Made by a program: the position numbers and the translations under genes | Part shown: positions 13,295 to 24,343 of the stretch, one piece after another | Numbering within the stretch: the first letter of the stretch is position 1 | How the letters are laid out: each line of letters begins with the position of its first letter | Source of the DNA: Octopus sinensis | Taxonomy: Eukaryota | Direction: 5' to 3' | NCBI RefSeq assembly: GCF_006345805.1 | Contig: NC_043000.1 | Coordinates: 37,510,001-37,574,000 of the forward strand | Length of the DNA stretch: 64,000 nucleotides | The notes under the pieces: generated by a model | What the model saw: only the letters and a program-made list of their open reading frames with translations | Databases searched by the model: none | Told to the model about the DNA's origin: nothing

Positions 13295-13552
13295 TCTCCA
13301 AAGTCAGTGATACAAAATTCTCCAAATGTGATTCTCTGTGATATAAATCTGAGATGGTAGAGTACCAATAAATGCTTTATAATCATTCCTCTCTTTAGTT
13401 TTGGGTTGCAGGCCCTATTAGACCTCTGCAGGAGCTAGCTTAAATGTCTGCATAGAGTGCGGCTTTTAAGTTACTGTGTGGAGGGGTATATATATATATA
13501 TATATGTATATATATGTATGTATGTGTGTGTGTGTATGTGTGTGTATACATA

Positions 13553-14776
13553 TATTAGATGACCAAAAAGTGCATTTAGTTTTTGTCAGTGCTAAACTTC
13601 AAGCACTCTAGTAAGTAGCTAACTACAGTGCATGTGCACTCATTACATATTTGATGTTTCAACATAGTATGACACAAATTTGTGACAAGAGAGGTGGTAT
13701 TTTGTGTGCTTGTGGTCATCTTGAAAATGGAGAACCAAAATTAACATTTCGACACCTCATGTGTTTTCATTTAATAAAAGGTAAGAAAGTAGTGGAAATC
13801 TGCAGGATGATATGCGTTATGTACAGAGAGGATGCTGTAATGGAACATGTGTGCCAGAAGTGGATTTCAAGATTTCGATTGCAAGGGTTTTCAATTCAAG
13901 ATACACCTCAGTCAAGTTGGCCAATCGAGACTAACAACAATGATATGAAAGAGTTAGTCCAGACCAACCCCTAGGAGGATATTCTCCAAATATCCAAATT
14001 GAGTGTGGGAAACCATCTGCAACAACTTGGTTAAATCAACAGGCTTGATGTCTGGGTCCCACATCAATTGAATAATGCTAACCTCATCCAACAGATTTCC
14101 ATGTGTGATTTATTGCAGAAATATTAAGAAAATTATCCTTTTGTGAAGAGAATAGTGACTGTATATGTAAAATAGGTTGTCTATAATAATAATATGAATC
14201 ACAACAATAACCTCTAAAGCAGAACTTCATCCAAAGAATGTTATGCTTTCAATATAGTAGGGCTAGAAGGGTGTTGTCTCTTACAAGTTTCTTCCCACTG
14301 ACAAGATCGTCGATTTGGATGTGTACTGTGACCATCTGGATAAATTAAATGCAGCAATCTGGAAATGTCCAACACTTGCCAATTGTAATGGCATTATCTT
14401 TCACCTTGACAATGCCAGACCACTTATCACTTTGCAGGCATGGTAGAAGTTACTGAGGTTTGCCTGGGAGGTTTTGTCTCATCCTCCATTTTCACCTGAT
14501 CTTGGATCTTCTGATTTCCACCTGTTTCAGTATCTTTAAATTTCATTAGACAGATAAACCATTAACACCAAAGAGGATATAAAAATTTATCTGGAATAGT
14601 TTCTCACCAGTAAAACAGAAAATACTTTGATCAGGGATTACTCGATCTGTCTATAATAAGATGGCAGAAGATATTTGAATGAAATGATAATTATATCATT
14701 GATTGAATAAATCACTGTTTAAAACTTGTCTTATTTTCACTTTAAAATTGGAATGGTCTTTTTGACCAACCCAATA
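13553..14776 (+). mobile_element. Near full-length decayed mariner (mellifera/cecropia-like)
   Basis: Degenerate TIRs (tattagatgaccaaaaag at the left; ctttttgaccaacccaata at the right). Transposase remnants MENQN*HFRHLMCF, LDVWVPHQL, FHLDNARP and HPPFSPDLGSSDFHLF, with multiple stops. Confidence 0.92.
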
Positions 14777-14807
<31 letters not shown>

Positions 14808-14861
14808 TTGTCCCACCCATGCCAGCATGGGAGGTGGGTGTTAAATGATGATGATGATGAT
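14808..14861 (+). mobile_element. RTE LINE extreme 3' stub with (GAT)n tail
   Basis: cccatgccagcatggga...ttaaatgatgatgat matches the 3' ends of the long RTE copies. Confidence 0.6.
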
Positions 14862-14874
14862 TACATGTAATATA

Positions 14875-15778
14875 TATTTGTTGGTATCAAAAAGTTCCCA
14901 GACTACTTCTGTAACACTCCAACAGATGGCAGCACATAGTTGCATGCACAGTGAGAGGTAGTAGTGACCTTCATGAGGCAGTGTACTGAATGACATTGCT
15001 GTGCTTACTTTGCAAATTGTAAAATTTGTGTTTTTGTAAGCACGTGTATTGTGTAGTCTGTGACTTTTGTCATGTGCAGAAAGTTGGAACAAAGAGCCAA
15101 CATGAAATTTTACCTTAAACTTAGGAAGTCTGTGTCTGCTACAGAGACATGGTTCAGCAAGCTTACCATGACAAAGCAACAGGTCGTATACAATGTTCCA
15201 AGAAGCATGGGTGCTTCAAAAGATATGACAGGCCTGCATCTCAGTCAAGAGCATGCTCATCATTTTTTGTGACATCCATGGTATTGTGCATCAGGAGTTC
15301 ATCCCCCAGGGCCAGACCTTCAATTGAAAGTTCTACTGTGATATTTTGAAGTGTCTGAGGGAGGACATTTAGCAAAAGCGACCCAATCTGTTGAGCACAA
15401 AGAATTGAGTTCTTCATGATGACAATGCTCTCTGTTGCTGATTCTCCTCACTCATGACTTTCTTGCCGAAGAATACATGGTATTGCTTCCTCACTCACTC
15501 TATATGCCCTGCGGACTTACAACTCTTCCCTGAAATGGAAATGCAGCTCAAAGGTCACTGTTTTAATACTGTTGTCAAGATCAAGAGTGAATCCCAGAAG
15601 GTCGTTGACTCTTACAGAAAATGACTTCCAGGGTGGATTTCAAAAGTGGCAGGAACACTGTAATCAGTGTATTGCAGCACAAGGTGACTATTTTGAAGGA
15701 GATGATGTTAAAACTTAGGTAAATAAGTTATTTTTTATTAAACATAACTAGTCCGGTAACCTTTTGATACCACCTTGT
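14875..15778 (+). mobile_element. Internally deleted mariner, same family as 2149-2686
   Basis: Same termini (tggtatcaaaaagtt...cttttgataccaccttgt) and subterminal sequence. Encodes KLEQRANMKF, then KSMLIIFCDIHGIVHQEFIPQGQTFN, VLHDDNA and the C-terminal QGDYFEGD. Confidence 0.9.
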
Positions 15779-15808
15779 GTATATATATGTATATATATTT
15801 ATATATAT

Positions 15809-16007
15809 CTGTGCAGGTGGCACTTAAAAAGCACCCACTACATTCTCGGAGTGGTTGGCGTTAGGAAGGGCATCCAGCTGTAGAAACTCTGCCAGATCAA
15901 GACTGGAGCCTGGTGCAGCCATCTGGTTCACCAGTCCTCAGTCAAAACTGTCCAACCCATGCTAGCATGGAAAACGGACGTTAAACGATGATGATGATGA
16001 TGATGAT
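15809..16007 (+). mobile_element. RTE LINE 3'-end fragment
   Basis: gcacccactacattctcggagtggttggcgttaggaagggcatccagctgtagaaactctgccagatc...gctagcatggaaaacggacgttaaac(gat)n is near-identical to 33110-33286. Confidence 0.85.
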
Positions 16008-16329
16008 ATATATGAAAGTTCAGGATTCCAGTCAGGTCCTTAAATAGTAATGTACCAAGGACGGGGTGATGAAATTGCTATCGTGTACAAAATAAAATTA
16101 GAAGAACACTAAATACAGGTTCCAATTTGGGTGAATAATAAACAAATAACAACAGATGGATAGTGGTTCACTCACTACAGCTGTTTTGGACATGTCTTTT
16201 TTATTGATGAATAGAGTTATTACATGCATAAAAACATTTTCATCAGGTGAATATATGCACAATTTAAACATTTTAAAAAAACATTTCATGACTCTCAGGC
16301 AAACTTCGCCAAAAGAATTTCTCTCTCTT

Positions 16330-16360
<31 letters not shown>

Positions 16361-16599
16361 CTCTTTCTTTCTCCCTCTCTCTCTCTCTACACACACACAC
16401 ACAACCATATATCTTCACAGTAGCAAGACATCTGTTCTTTTCCCTCTATCATACTTTAACTACCTCCCCAACAACTGGCATAAAGTCACCTCTCCCCATT
16501 ATCAAATACTACCACCACCACTTAGCAAGCAAAGGGGACTTTTTCCTTTTTCCTTTACTTGTTGCTTTTCTGTCTTATAAGTTCCTTGGCCAACCCACT

Positions 16600-16790
16600 A
16601 GTACAAGTGACACAAAAAAGCACACTGTACATACTGTGTAAAGTAGTTGGCCTTAGGAAGGGTACCCAGTTGTAGAACCATGCCAAGTCTGACACTGGAG
16701 CACAATGTAGTTCTGTTGCTTGCTAGATCCTGTGAAACCATCCAATCCATGCTAGCATAGAAAACAGACTGTGAATGATGATGATGATGA
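16600..16790 (+). mobile_element. Diverged RTE-type 3'-end fragment
   Basis: ttaggaagggtacccagttgtagaacc...ccatgctagcatagaaaa...(gat)n. Confidence 0.65.
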
Positions 16791-17185
16791 AGAGTAAATG
16801 TGTGTACGTGTGTGTGTGCCACCATCATCATCGTCATCATCATCATCATCAACAACAACAACATTTAATGTTCATTTTCTATGCTATCATGGGTTTAATT
16901 GTTCTACAGGATCTGGCAAGACATAGGGCTGTTTAAACTCTGATGTCTGGTTAGAGAAAGAGGGAGAGAAATTTACATAAACTTAAATATGTTTTAGTCA
17001 GTAGTGTCTCATGTCATATCTAAATAGATAACAGCCTGATAGAATCTGTTAAGTCATTTTTAAGTTAAGTTTTGTAATATTATAGCCATTCATGCAGGGA
17101 GTTGTTGTTGACTGAGATATATCCAGGTGTATTTGTCTGGTTTTGCTTGAAGAAATTTGTCCAGATTAAAATATATATATATACA

Positions 17186-17237
<52 letters not shown>

Positions 17238-17570
17238 ATCAATTTAGGGTAGCAAAAAATTCATAGAAATTTATCGCAACCAGCGGCCTGGTGAAAAAGA
17301 GAAAATAGTCATCGACTAAATATATAAATATAACGATTTAGGAGTGACCCAACAGGTCACTCGTCCACCAGAAAGAGCAGCCATAACTCACACCGCCAAG
17401 TATTATTAATCAGAAATTAGGTGAAAATTTAAAAACATTTACCCTAATTCATTAGGGTAAATGTTTTTAAATTTTCACCTAATTTCTGAATTAATATAAT
17501 TACGGTGTGAGTTATGGCTGCTCTTTCTGGTGGACGAGTGACCTGTTGGGGTCACTCCTAAATCGTTATA
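17238..17570. mobile_element. TA-embedded element containing a 242-bp palindrome
   Basis: Arms 17329-17448 and 17451-17570 are reverse complements with a 2-nt centre (TC). A further unpaired ~90 bp lies at the left, and (TA)n flanks both sides. Confidence 0.85.
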
Positions 17571-17579
17571 TATATATAT

Positions 17580-17611
<32 letters not shown>

Positions 17612-17615
17612 ATAT

Positions 17616-17647
<32 letters not shown>

Positions 17648-17649
17648 TA

Positions 17650-17846
17650 CGTGCCTGTGCCACATAAAAAACACCCAGTGCACTCTGTTTAGTGGTTAGC
17701 ATTAGGAAAGGCATCCAGCTATAGAAACTATGCCAAGACAGACAATTGGATCCACTCTGGCTGGGCAGCTTGGCAAACCATTCAACCCATGCCACTATGG
17801 AAAATGGATGCTAAATGATGATAGTGATGATGACGATGATGATGAT
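17650..17846 (+). mobile_element. Diverged RTE-type 3'-end fragment
   Basis: gtggttagcattaggaaaggcatccagct...aacccatgccactatggaaaatggatgctaaat(gat)n. Confidence 0.7.
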
Positions 17847-17873
17847 ACATATATATATATGTATACATGTATA

Positions 17874-18020
17874 GGTGCAGGTGTGGTGGTGCGATAAGAA
17901 GCTTGCTTCTGGGTTCAGTCCTCTGTGTTGTACCTTGGGCAAGTGTCTTCTACTATGGCCTCAAGCCAACCAAATCTTTGTGAGCAGCTTTGGTAGACAG
18001 AAACTAAAAGAAGCCAGTTG
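17874..18020 (+). mobile_element. SINE, family A (CORE-like), 5' half
   Basis: ggtgcaggtgtgg...gggttcagtcc...accttgggcaagtgtcttctactat...; the ccttgggcaag motif resembles the CORE-SINE domain. Confidence 0.75.
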
Positions 18021-18660
18021 TGTGTATATATATATTTATATATATATAACAAAGTGGAGTTGTAAGGTACTGCACGAGTGTAATTATATATGAAAGATGG
18101 TTTGAAAATGCAATTTAAAAAAATGTTTATTTACTTTACCGGTTTCACTTTTTTAGAAAAAGATTGTCAAAAATAACATGTAAAAGCTTGGTTGTGTTAG
18201 TTACTGGTTGTCACAAAATATTACAATATACATATACATTCCTTGATAATAAGGACATGTTAAGAACAGCTTGCAAGGGAAAATCTTGGGAAAATATAAA
18301 ATAGTTTAGCAAGTTCATTAAAATATTGGGCACAAAAGATTACAACATATATATACATTCTCAAGAAAATGTTAAAGATAGTTTCCAGAAGGAATTATTA
18401 AAAAGTTCAGTGGAATATTGGTATTGTATCTGTATATATATATACACACACAGAATATTGTAAGTTCAAAAAAGTTCACATTTTAGTAGTGGTAGCTTAA
18501 ACTGACCTGGTTCACCATGTTCTTGTAAAAGACTATCTTTTATTTCAAGGGACAGTGTAGGTGTGTTTGGGTGGGGGGAAGGAAGAGTAATGTGGAACTG
18601 AAAAGAACTTTTTTGTCTCTCCTTCAAGCATCAATGATTTGGGGGATTGGTCTTTAGAGG

Positions 18661-19740
18661 TCAGAATGGTTCGAGTGTGTGTATCTTTGTGTGTGTATAT
18701 ATATACATGTGTGTGGGCCGTTTTTGATTGGTCCCAAGGTTTATTGTGGTGTAAATAGATGTGTCTGTGTGTGTTTGTAAAATTTGGTAGGATGGTGTGT
18801 GTATGTGTGCCCGTTTGTCAACCGTGTGTATGATTGTCTTGGTGTTGTGTGTCTGAGTGTATGTATGTGCATGATTGGTATTTGTCATGGTGCTGTGTGT
18901 GTGATTAATGTTTGTTAGTGTGTTGCAGTGCGCTAGTGTGTGTATGTGTTTGTTTGTATGTGTGTCCATGTGTGTTGGGTTTATCTGAGTGGTGTGTGTG
19001 TGTTGGTACTGAGTATGCGTTTGGGTGTGTGTGTGTGTGTGTATATGTGTGGGTATGGTTTATGTAGTTCTGTAGTTTCCGGGTGTGTGTGTGTGTTGCA
19101 TTTGTGAGTGATCTGTTTTGTTTGTATTGTTTGTGCAATGTGTGTGTATGCGTGTAGGTGTGTTTGTGTGGGTGCGTTTATGTGTCTTGTATTTGTCGGG
19201 GAGGTGTGTGTCATTGTGTGTGTGCATGTCTGTGTGTATGTATGTTTGTGAATGTTTGTTGTGGTTGTAATGTGCATGTATGTGTGTTTTTTCCTTTTGA
19301 ATGTGAGTGTGTGTGTGTGATATTATTATTGGGGTGCGGGCGTATTGTGTGTGTGTACAGGTGTGCGTAAATGCGTGTGTGTTTGTGTGGGTTGTGTTGT
19401 AGTTGTGTGTTTGTGTATCTGTGTGTGTGTGTGGTTGTGCTTGTGTGAATGTGATTTGTAATTTCGGGGTGGTGTGTGTAGGTGTGTGCATGTCCGCATT
19501 CACATGTGTATATATGTGTGAAAGTGTTGGTTATGGATGCTAAAATCTTATTGCAAGTGTATATGTGTATGTGCTTTTTTCCTGGGATGTGTGAGGGTTT
19601 GTGTTCTAGTGTGAGGATATTGTGTTTGCGCAAGTGTATTTGCGTCGGAGGTTGGCATTGTTTTTGTGTGTGTGTGATTTTGTATATCTGTATGTGTTTG
19701 TTTTGGATGTGTGCCTGGGGCATGTTAGAGTATGTTTAGT
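18661..19740. repeat. About 1.1-kb degenerate TG-rich low-complexity tract
   Basis: Strongly G/T-biased + strand with a broken (TG)n pattern; all ORFs here are H/T- or C/V-rich artefacts. Confidence 0.85.
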
Positions 19741-20027
19741 TGTGGTCTGTATTTTTGAATAAGATTATTTTCCCTATTTATTCGTGTTTGGTCTGTGGTT
19801 TTGTTCGGGCATTGGTATAGTGGGGAAACTAAGAATTTGGGGGACTTATTGTGTGCACAGAGGTCTAAGTGTCCACTAAGTGGTATCTGTCTTGTGGTGG
19901 GGTCCCTCAGTTGTTGGCGGTGAACTGTCATCCTTTCTCTGAGGGTAAGGCTCGTTTGCTCTATGTAGTCTTATGACATAGAGTAAATTTTTGATGTGCA
20001 GGTGAAATTATTTTTTATGACAAAGGT

Positions 20028-21331
20028 GTAGAAAAGGTATAGGTAGAAACTCTATAAGATGTACCCAGTGAAAACTATGGACACATAAGAGGTGCAGCAA
20101 TATCAAAGAAGGCTAACTGGGAAGACAGTTTTTGTATGTGGCAGATGCTCAGGAGCAATAAACACTGCAAATGTGCAGAGAACAACTTCTGCTACATTCC
20201 GGGGAGAAATACTAGAAGTAGTTGATAGCTTCCGTTACCTAGGTGACCAAGTCAGTAGTGGGGGCGGTGCTAAAAGTGTAACCGCTAGAATAAGAATAGC
20301 CTGGGCAAAGTTCAAAGAGCTCTTACCTCTGCTGGTGACAAAGGGCCTCTCGCTCAGAGTAAAAGGCAGATTGTATGATGCATGTGTACGAACAGCCATG
20401 CTATATGGCTGTGAAAGATGAGCTGTGACTGCTGATGACATGCATAAGCTCGCAAAGAATGAAGCCAGTATGCTCTGCTGGATGTGTAATGTCAGTGTGC
20501 ATACTCGACAGAGTGTAAGTACCTTGAGAGAAAAGTTGGACCTAAGAAGCATTAGATGTGGTGTGCAAGAGAGATGACTGCACTAGTATGGTCATGTGGC
20601 GAAAATGGATAAAGATAGCTATGTGAAAAAGTGCCACACCCTAGTGGTTGAGGGAACCTGGGGAAGAGGTAGACCCTGGAAGACCTGGGACGAGGTGGTG
20701 AAGCATGACCTTCGAACATTAGGCCTCACCGATGCAATGACTAATGACCGAGACCTTTGGAAATATGCTGTTCATGAGAAGACCAGGCAAGCCAAATGAA
20801 ACCATAATCTCATGGCCTATGCCAGGGACATAACCAGCCCACTTATGCATACCTTTCCTTCATTGGACTCTAAACTCTGTTTGCGAAGACCTGTTGGGGC
20901 AAGTGAAATCGAAATTGAACCAAATTCGATGACTGGCACCTGTGCCAGTGGAGCACTAACAGATCCATCTGAGCAGGATCACTGCCAGAGCAGCTGTCTG
21001 GCTTCCATGCCGGTGGCACGTGAAAAACACCGTTGGAGCATGATTGTTACCAGCGTCGCCTTACTGGCACTTGTGCCGGTGGCACGTGAACAAAACATTT
21101 GAGTGTGGCTGTTGCCAGTACTGCCAGACTGGCCCTTCTGCCGGTGGCATGTAAAAGCACAAACTACACTATTGGAGTGGTTGGTATTAGGAAGGGCATC
21201 CAGCTGTAGAAACTCTGCCAGATCAGATTGGAACCTGGTGCAGCCATCTGGTTCGCCAGTCCTCAGTCAAATTGCCCAACCCATGCTAGCATGGAAAGCA
21301 GACATTAAACGATGATGATGATGATGATGAT
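20028..21331 (+). mobile_element. 5'-truncated RTE-clade LINE (pseudogenised)
   Basis: CGRCSGAIN...LEVVDSFRYLGDQV...ARIRIAWAKFKELLPLL...LYDACVRTAMLYG...GHVAKM...RGRPWKTWDEVVKHDL, with internal stops; 3' UTR with ~60-bp repeats and a (GAT)n tail. Confidence 0.93.
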
Positions 21332-21349
21332 ATATGTACGTATATTTAT

Positions 21350-21575
21350 GTGTGTGCGTCTTTGTGTGTGTCCCCGCACCATCACTTGACAACCTATGTT
21401 GGTGTGCTTATGTCCCCGTAACTTAGAGGTTCAGCAAAAGAGACCAATAGAATAAGTACTAGGCTTACAACGAATAAGTCCTAGGATTGATTTCTTTGAC
21501 TAACCCTTAAAAGCAGTACTTCAACATGGCTGCAATCAGATGACTGAAACAAATAAAAGAATAAAAGAATATATA
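21350..21575 (+). mobile_element. SINE, family A, 3' half
   Basis: cacttgacaacc...gtaacttagaggttcagcaaaagagaccaatagaataagtactaggcttac...gactgaaacaaataaaag matches 22030-22224 and 34760-34940. Confidence 0.8.
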
Positions 21576-21806
21576 AAGAACATGGTTCCTTTTAGATTCT
21601 GTCTCATCTGCAGTGAGATGGCATGTATATATACATGTATATACATGTATCATTTGTTTGAAAATGGAAAACATTGAAAAGTACTTTCACTAAAACACCT
21701 TTCCATGAGATCAAACATGTTAATCTGTTTATCCGACTTTTCTTCAAAAAAAATTCTTTATAAAGTTAATAAGTTTCAATGTAAAAAATACTTAAATATA
21801 TATATA

Positions 21807-22224
21807 GGTGCAGGAGTGGCTGTGTGGTAAGTAGCTTGTCTACCAACCACATGGTTGCGGGTTCAGTCCCACTGCGTGGCACCTTGGGCAAGTGTCTTCT
21901 ACTATAGCCTCGGGCCGACCAAAGCCTTGTGAGTGGATTTGGTAGATGGAAACTGAAAGAAGCCTGTCGTATATATGTATATATATGTATGCGAGTGTGT
22001 ATTTGTGTGTCTGTGTTTGTCCCCTAGCATTGCTTGACAACCGATGCTGGTGTGCTTATGTCTCCGTTACTTAGCGGTTCAGCAAAAGAGATCGATAGAA
22101 TAAGTACTGGGCTTACAAAAGAATAAGTCCTGGGGTCGAGTTGCTCGACTAAAGGCGGTGCTCCAGCATGGCCGCAGTCAAATGACTGAAAACAAGTAAA
22201 AGAATAAAAAAAGAATAAAAAGAA
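21807..22224 (+). mobile_element. SINE, family A (CORE-like), full length
   Basis: tRNA-like head (gtggctgtgtggtaag...gggttcagtccc), CORE-like ccttgggcaagtgtctt, internal TA/TG tract, 3' domain and (aagaat)-like tail. Confidence 0.88.
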
Positions 22225-22229
22225 TATAT

Positions 22230-22343
22230 ATCACCGTGACCGACCAGGCTATCAGATGTTGCTACACATCGCTGGTCACAATGTGCTTCGCATTGTTTTA
22301 GCCTTCAAATGACACCACCCTGCTGGCTAAGCAAGCAGGCCAA
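22230..22343. repeat. About 115-bp CpG-containing block abutting a TA tract, probable repeat fragment
   Basis: atcaccgtgaccgaccaggctatcag...gctggctaagcaagcaggccaa then (TA)n. Single copy in this window, so its repeat status is inferred. Confidence 0.4.
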
Positions 22344-22344
22344 T

Positions 22345-22430
<86 letters not shown>

Positions 22431-22619
22431 CTTAAACAAGAATGTTGTTGACAATGATTTTGAAGTTTTGGCCAGCTAAGCCATTGTCTTTAAGAATAAT
22501 AAATTTGTGGTCTATAAAAGTGAAGAATTACCCATCAATCAGATTGATGTAAAGTTGTTTTGATTATAATTGAAAATAAAAACAAGCATTAATATATATA
22601 TATTATTTTCCACCTTACA

Positions 22620-22664
<45 letters not shown>

Positions 22665-22774
22665 GTATATGCATTTACATATAAATATATACATGCATAT
22701 ATACAACATCAGTATCTGTTTTGTTATGTTTAGACAGACAGAATATTTCCCCGTATACCATGTCACTAATCAAC

Positions 22775-23900
22775 ACAATCTTTAGTCATTTCTGAGAGAT
22801 GCAACGAGTTTAGATCTGTCTTCACCACTTTGTCCCTGTTCTTCTTTAGTATCCTTCATCTGCAGGTTCTATTCACTTTGAAAGCATGGAACTTCTTTAT
22901 ACAGCTATCCTCTTCAGTATGCCACACATGCCTATACAATGCAGTCTTCTCTTACACATTACATCATATACCCCATATGTTTCCTCTCAGCTCGTTTGCG
23001 CTCCTTGGTTATGCACTCTAGTATTACACATTCAGCTGAGCATGCTTGCTTTATGTTCTTAATCTTCACAAATCCTCTGCTTTCACAGTCAACATCCCCC
23101 TATCATATAGCATTGCACTTCGTACATATGCACTGTACAATCTGTCATCATTCATCTATAAGAAGAAGCCCCTCTTTACTAGCAGATGTAACAACACCCT
23201 GAATTTTTTCAGGCCAATTCTTTTGATGCTATGGTCTTTGAATACCCTTTGCTAATTAGGTTACATAGCTTGCAGAAACTACAAACTACTTTTTGGAAGG
23301 TTTTCAAGTATCTGATAGTATCTATTTCCCATGTGCCTTAGTGTTTATTATCACCATGCATCTGCATGGCAAAGCATACCATCTCTGTTTGCCTACATGT
23401 GATACCACTGCATCATCTGTATTTTCATAATTTACATAGAGAGCACCAGATGGATATTCTACCCATTTCTTTCATATTGCACATGGCCTTTTCCCTGATG
23501 TTAGCAGGGTCCTATTTTCTCTCCTACTTACAGATACTTAAGTTTTTTGCCAGGTTATCTTTGAGGCCTCTCAATTCAGGTTTTACTTCTGCATTTAGAA
23601 TGTCCTCTCTAAATCCTCAACTGAATCTGATCAAATTAGACCAGTATAGAGGAGCTCTTACATTCTGCTAGTCTTAAACTAGTCTGTTATAGCTGACTGA
23701 ACTGGAGAAAACTTGCACTTTAAATTCATAGCTGAACACATTGCTAACTCTCTCCCTGCTTGTACAGCCCTCACAAGCCACACATCTAAACCTAGTCTCC
23801 TCAGCTCACAGATGCCTTCTCTAGGTCAACAAATGCCAGACATGGTAGTTTACTCCATGCTAAGTACTTCTCCTGCAGTTGCTTATTAAGAAGATGACAC
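22775..23900 (-). mobile_element. Old, highly diverged RTE LINE
   Basis: Minus-strand remnants QLQEKYLA...LAFVDLEKA, ELLY, GL..NLAK, the Cys-rich insert, KFR.LL.LLV and RLYSAYVRSAMLY are collinear with the younger RTE copies. Confidence 0.8.
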
Positions 23901-23960
23901 CAGTAGTAACTATACAAATTCTCATCTTAATTATTCATAGAGGACAAACAAAAGCTATCA

Positions 23961-24039
23961 ATACAAGATGGATTGAACAGGCTTTATTATACATCACAAG
24001 TGATAAGTAATGAAGCCTGTTGAATTCATCTTCTTGTAT
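23961..24039. other. 79-nt imperfect hairpin
   Basis: atacaagatggattgaacaggctttattatacatcac-aa-gtgataagtaatgaagcctgttgaattcatcttcttgtat; about 30 pairs by hand alignment. Confidence 0.7.
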
Positions 24040-24308
24040 CAATATCTTATATATGTATATATGTGTGTGAGGGTAAGTGTGTTTGTGTGTGTACATGCAT
24101 ACGTGTGTGTGTGTGCAAGCATGTGTGTGTGTTTATAGATTTTCAAACAAGGGAAAAGAGTATTCTGTGCATGTAATAGAGTGTAATATTGATGAACGAT
24201 TTCCTAGCAACCCTAAATTTTGTGCAAAGTGAATTTCCCCATAAATTTCGAATGAATGCATAGCATTAAACTCTGAGTAGCTTAGAAGTGAATCATCAGT
24301 CTTAATTA

Positions 24309-24343
<35 letters not shown>

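Noticed and set aside
21807-21880. SINE heads as tRNA genes
   Set aside because: Only promoter-box-like remnants with no complete cloverleaf, and they are attached to SINE bodies.
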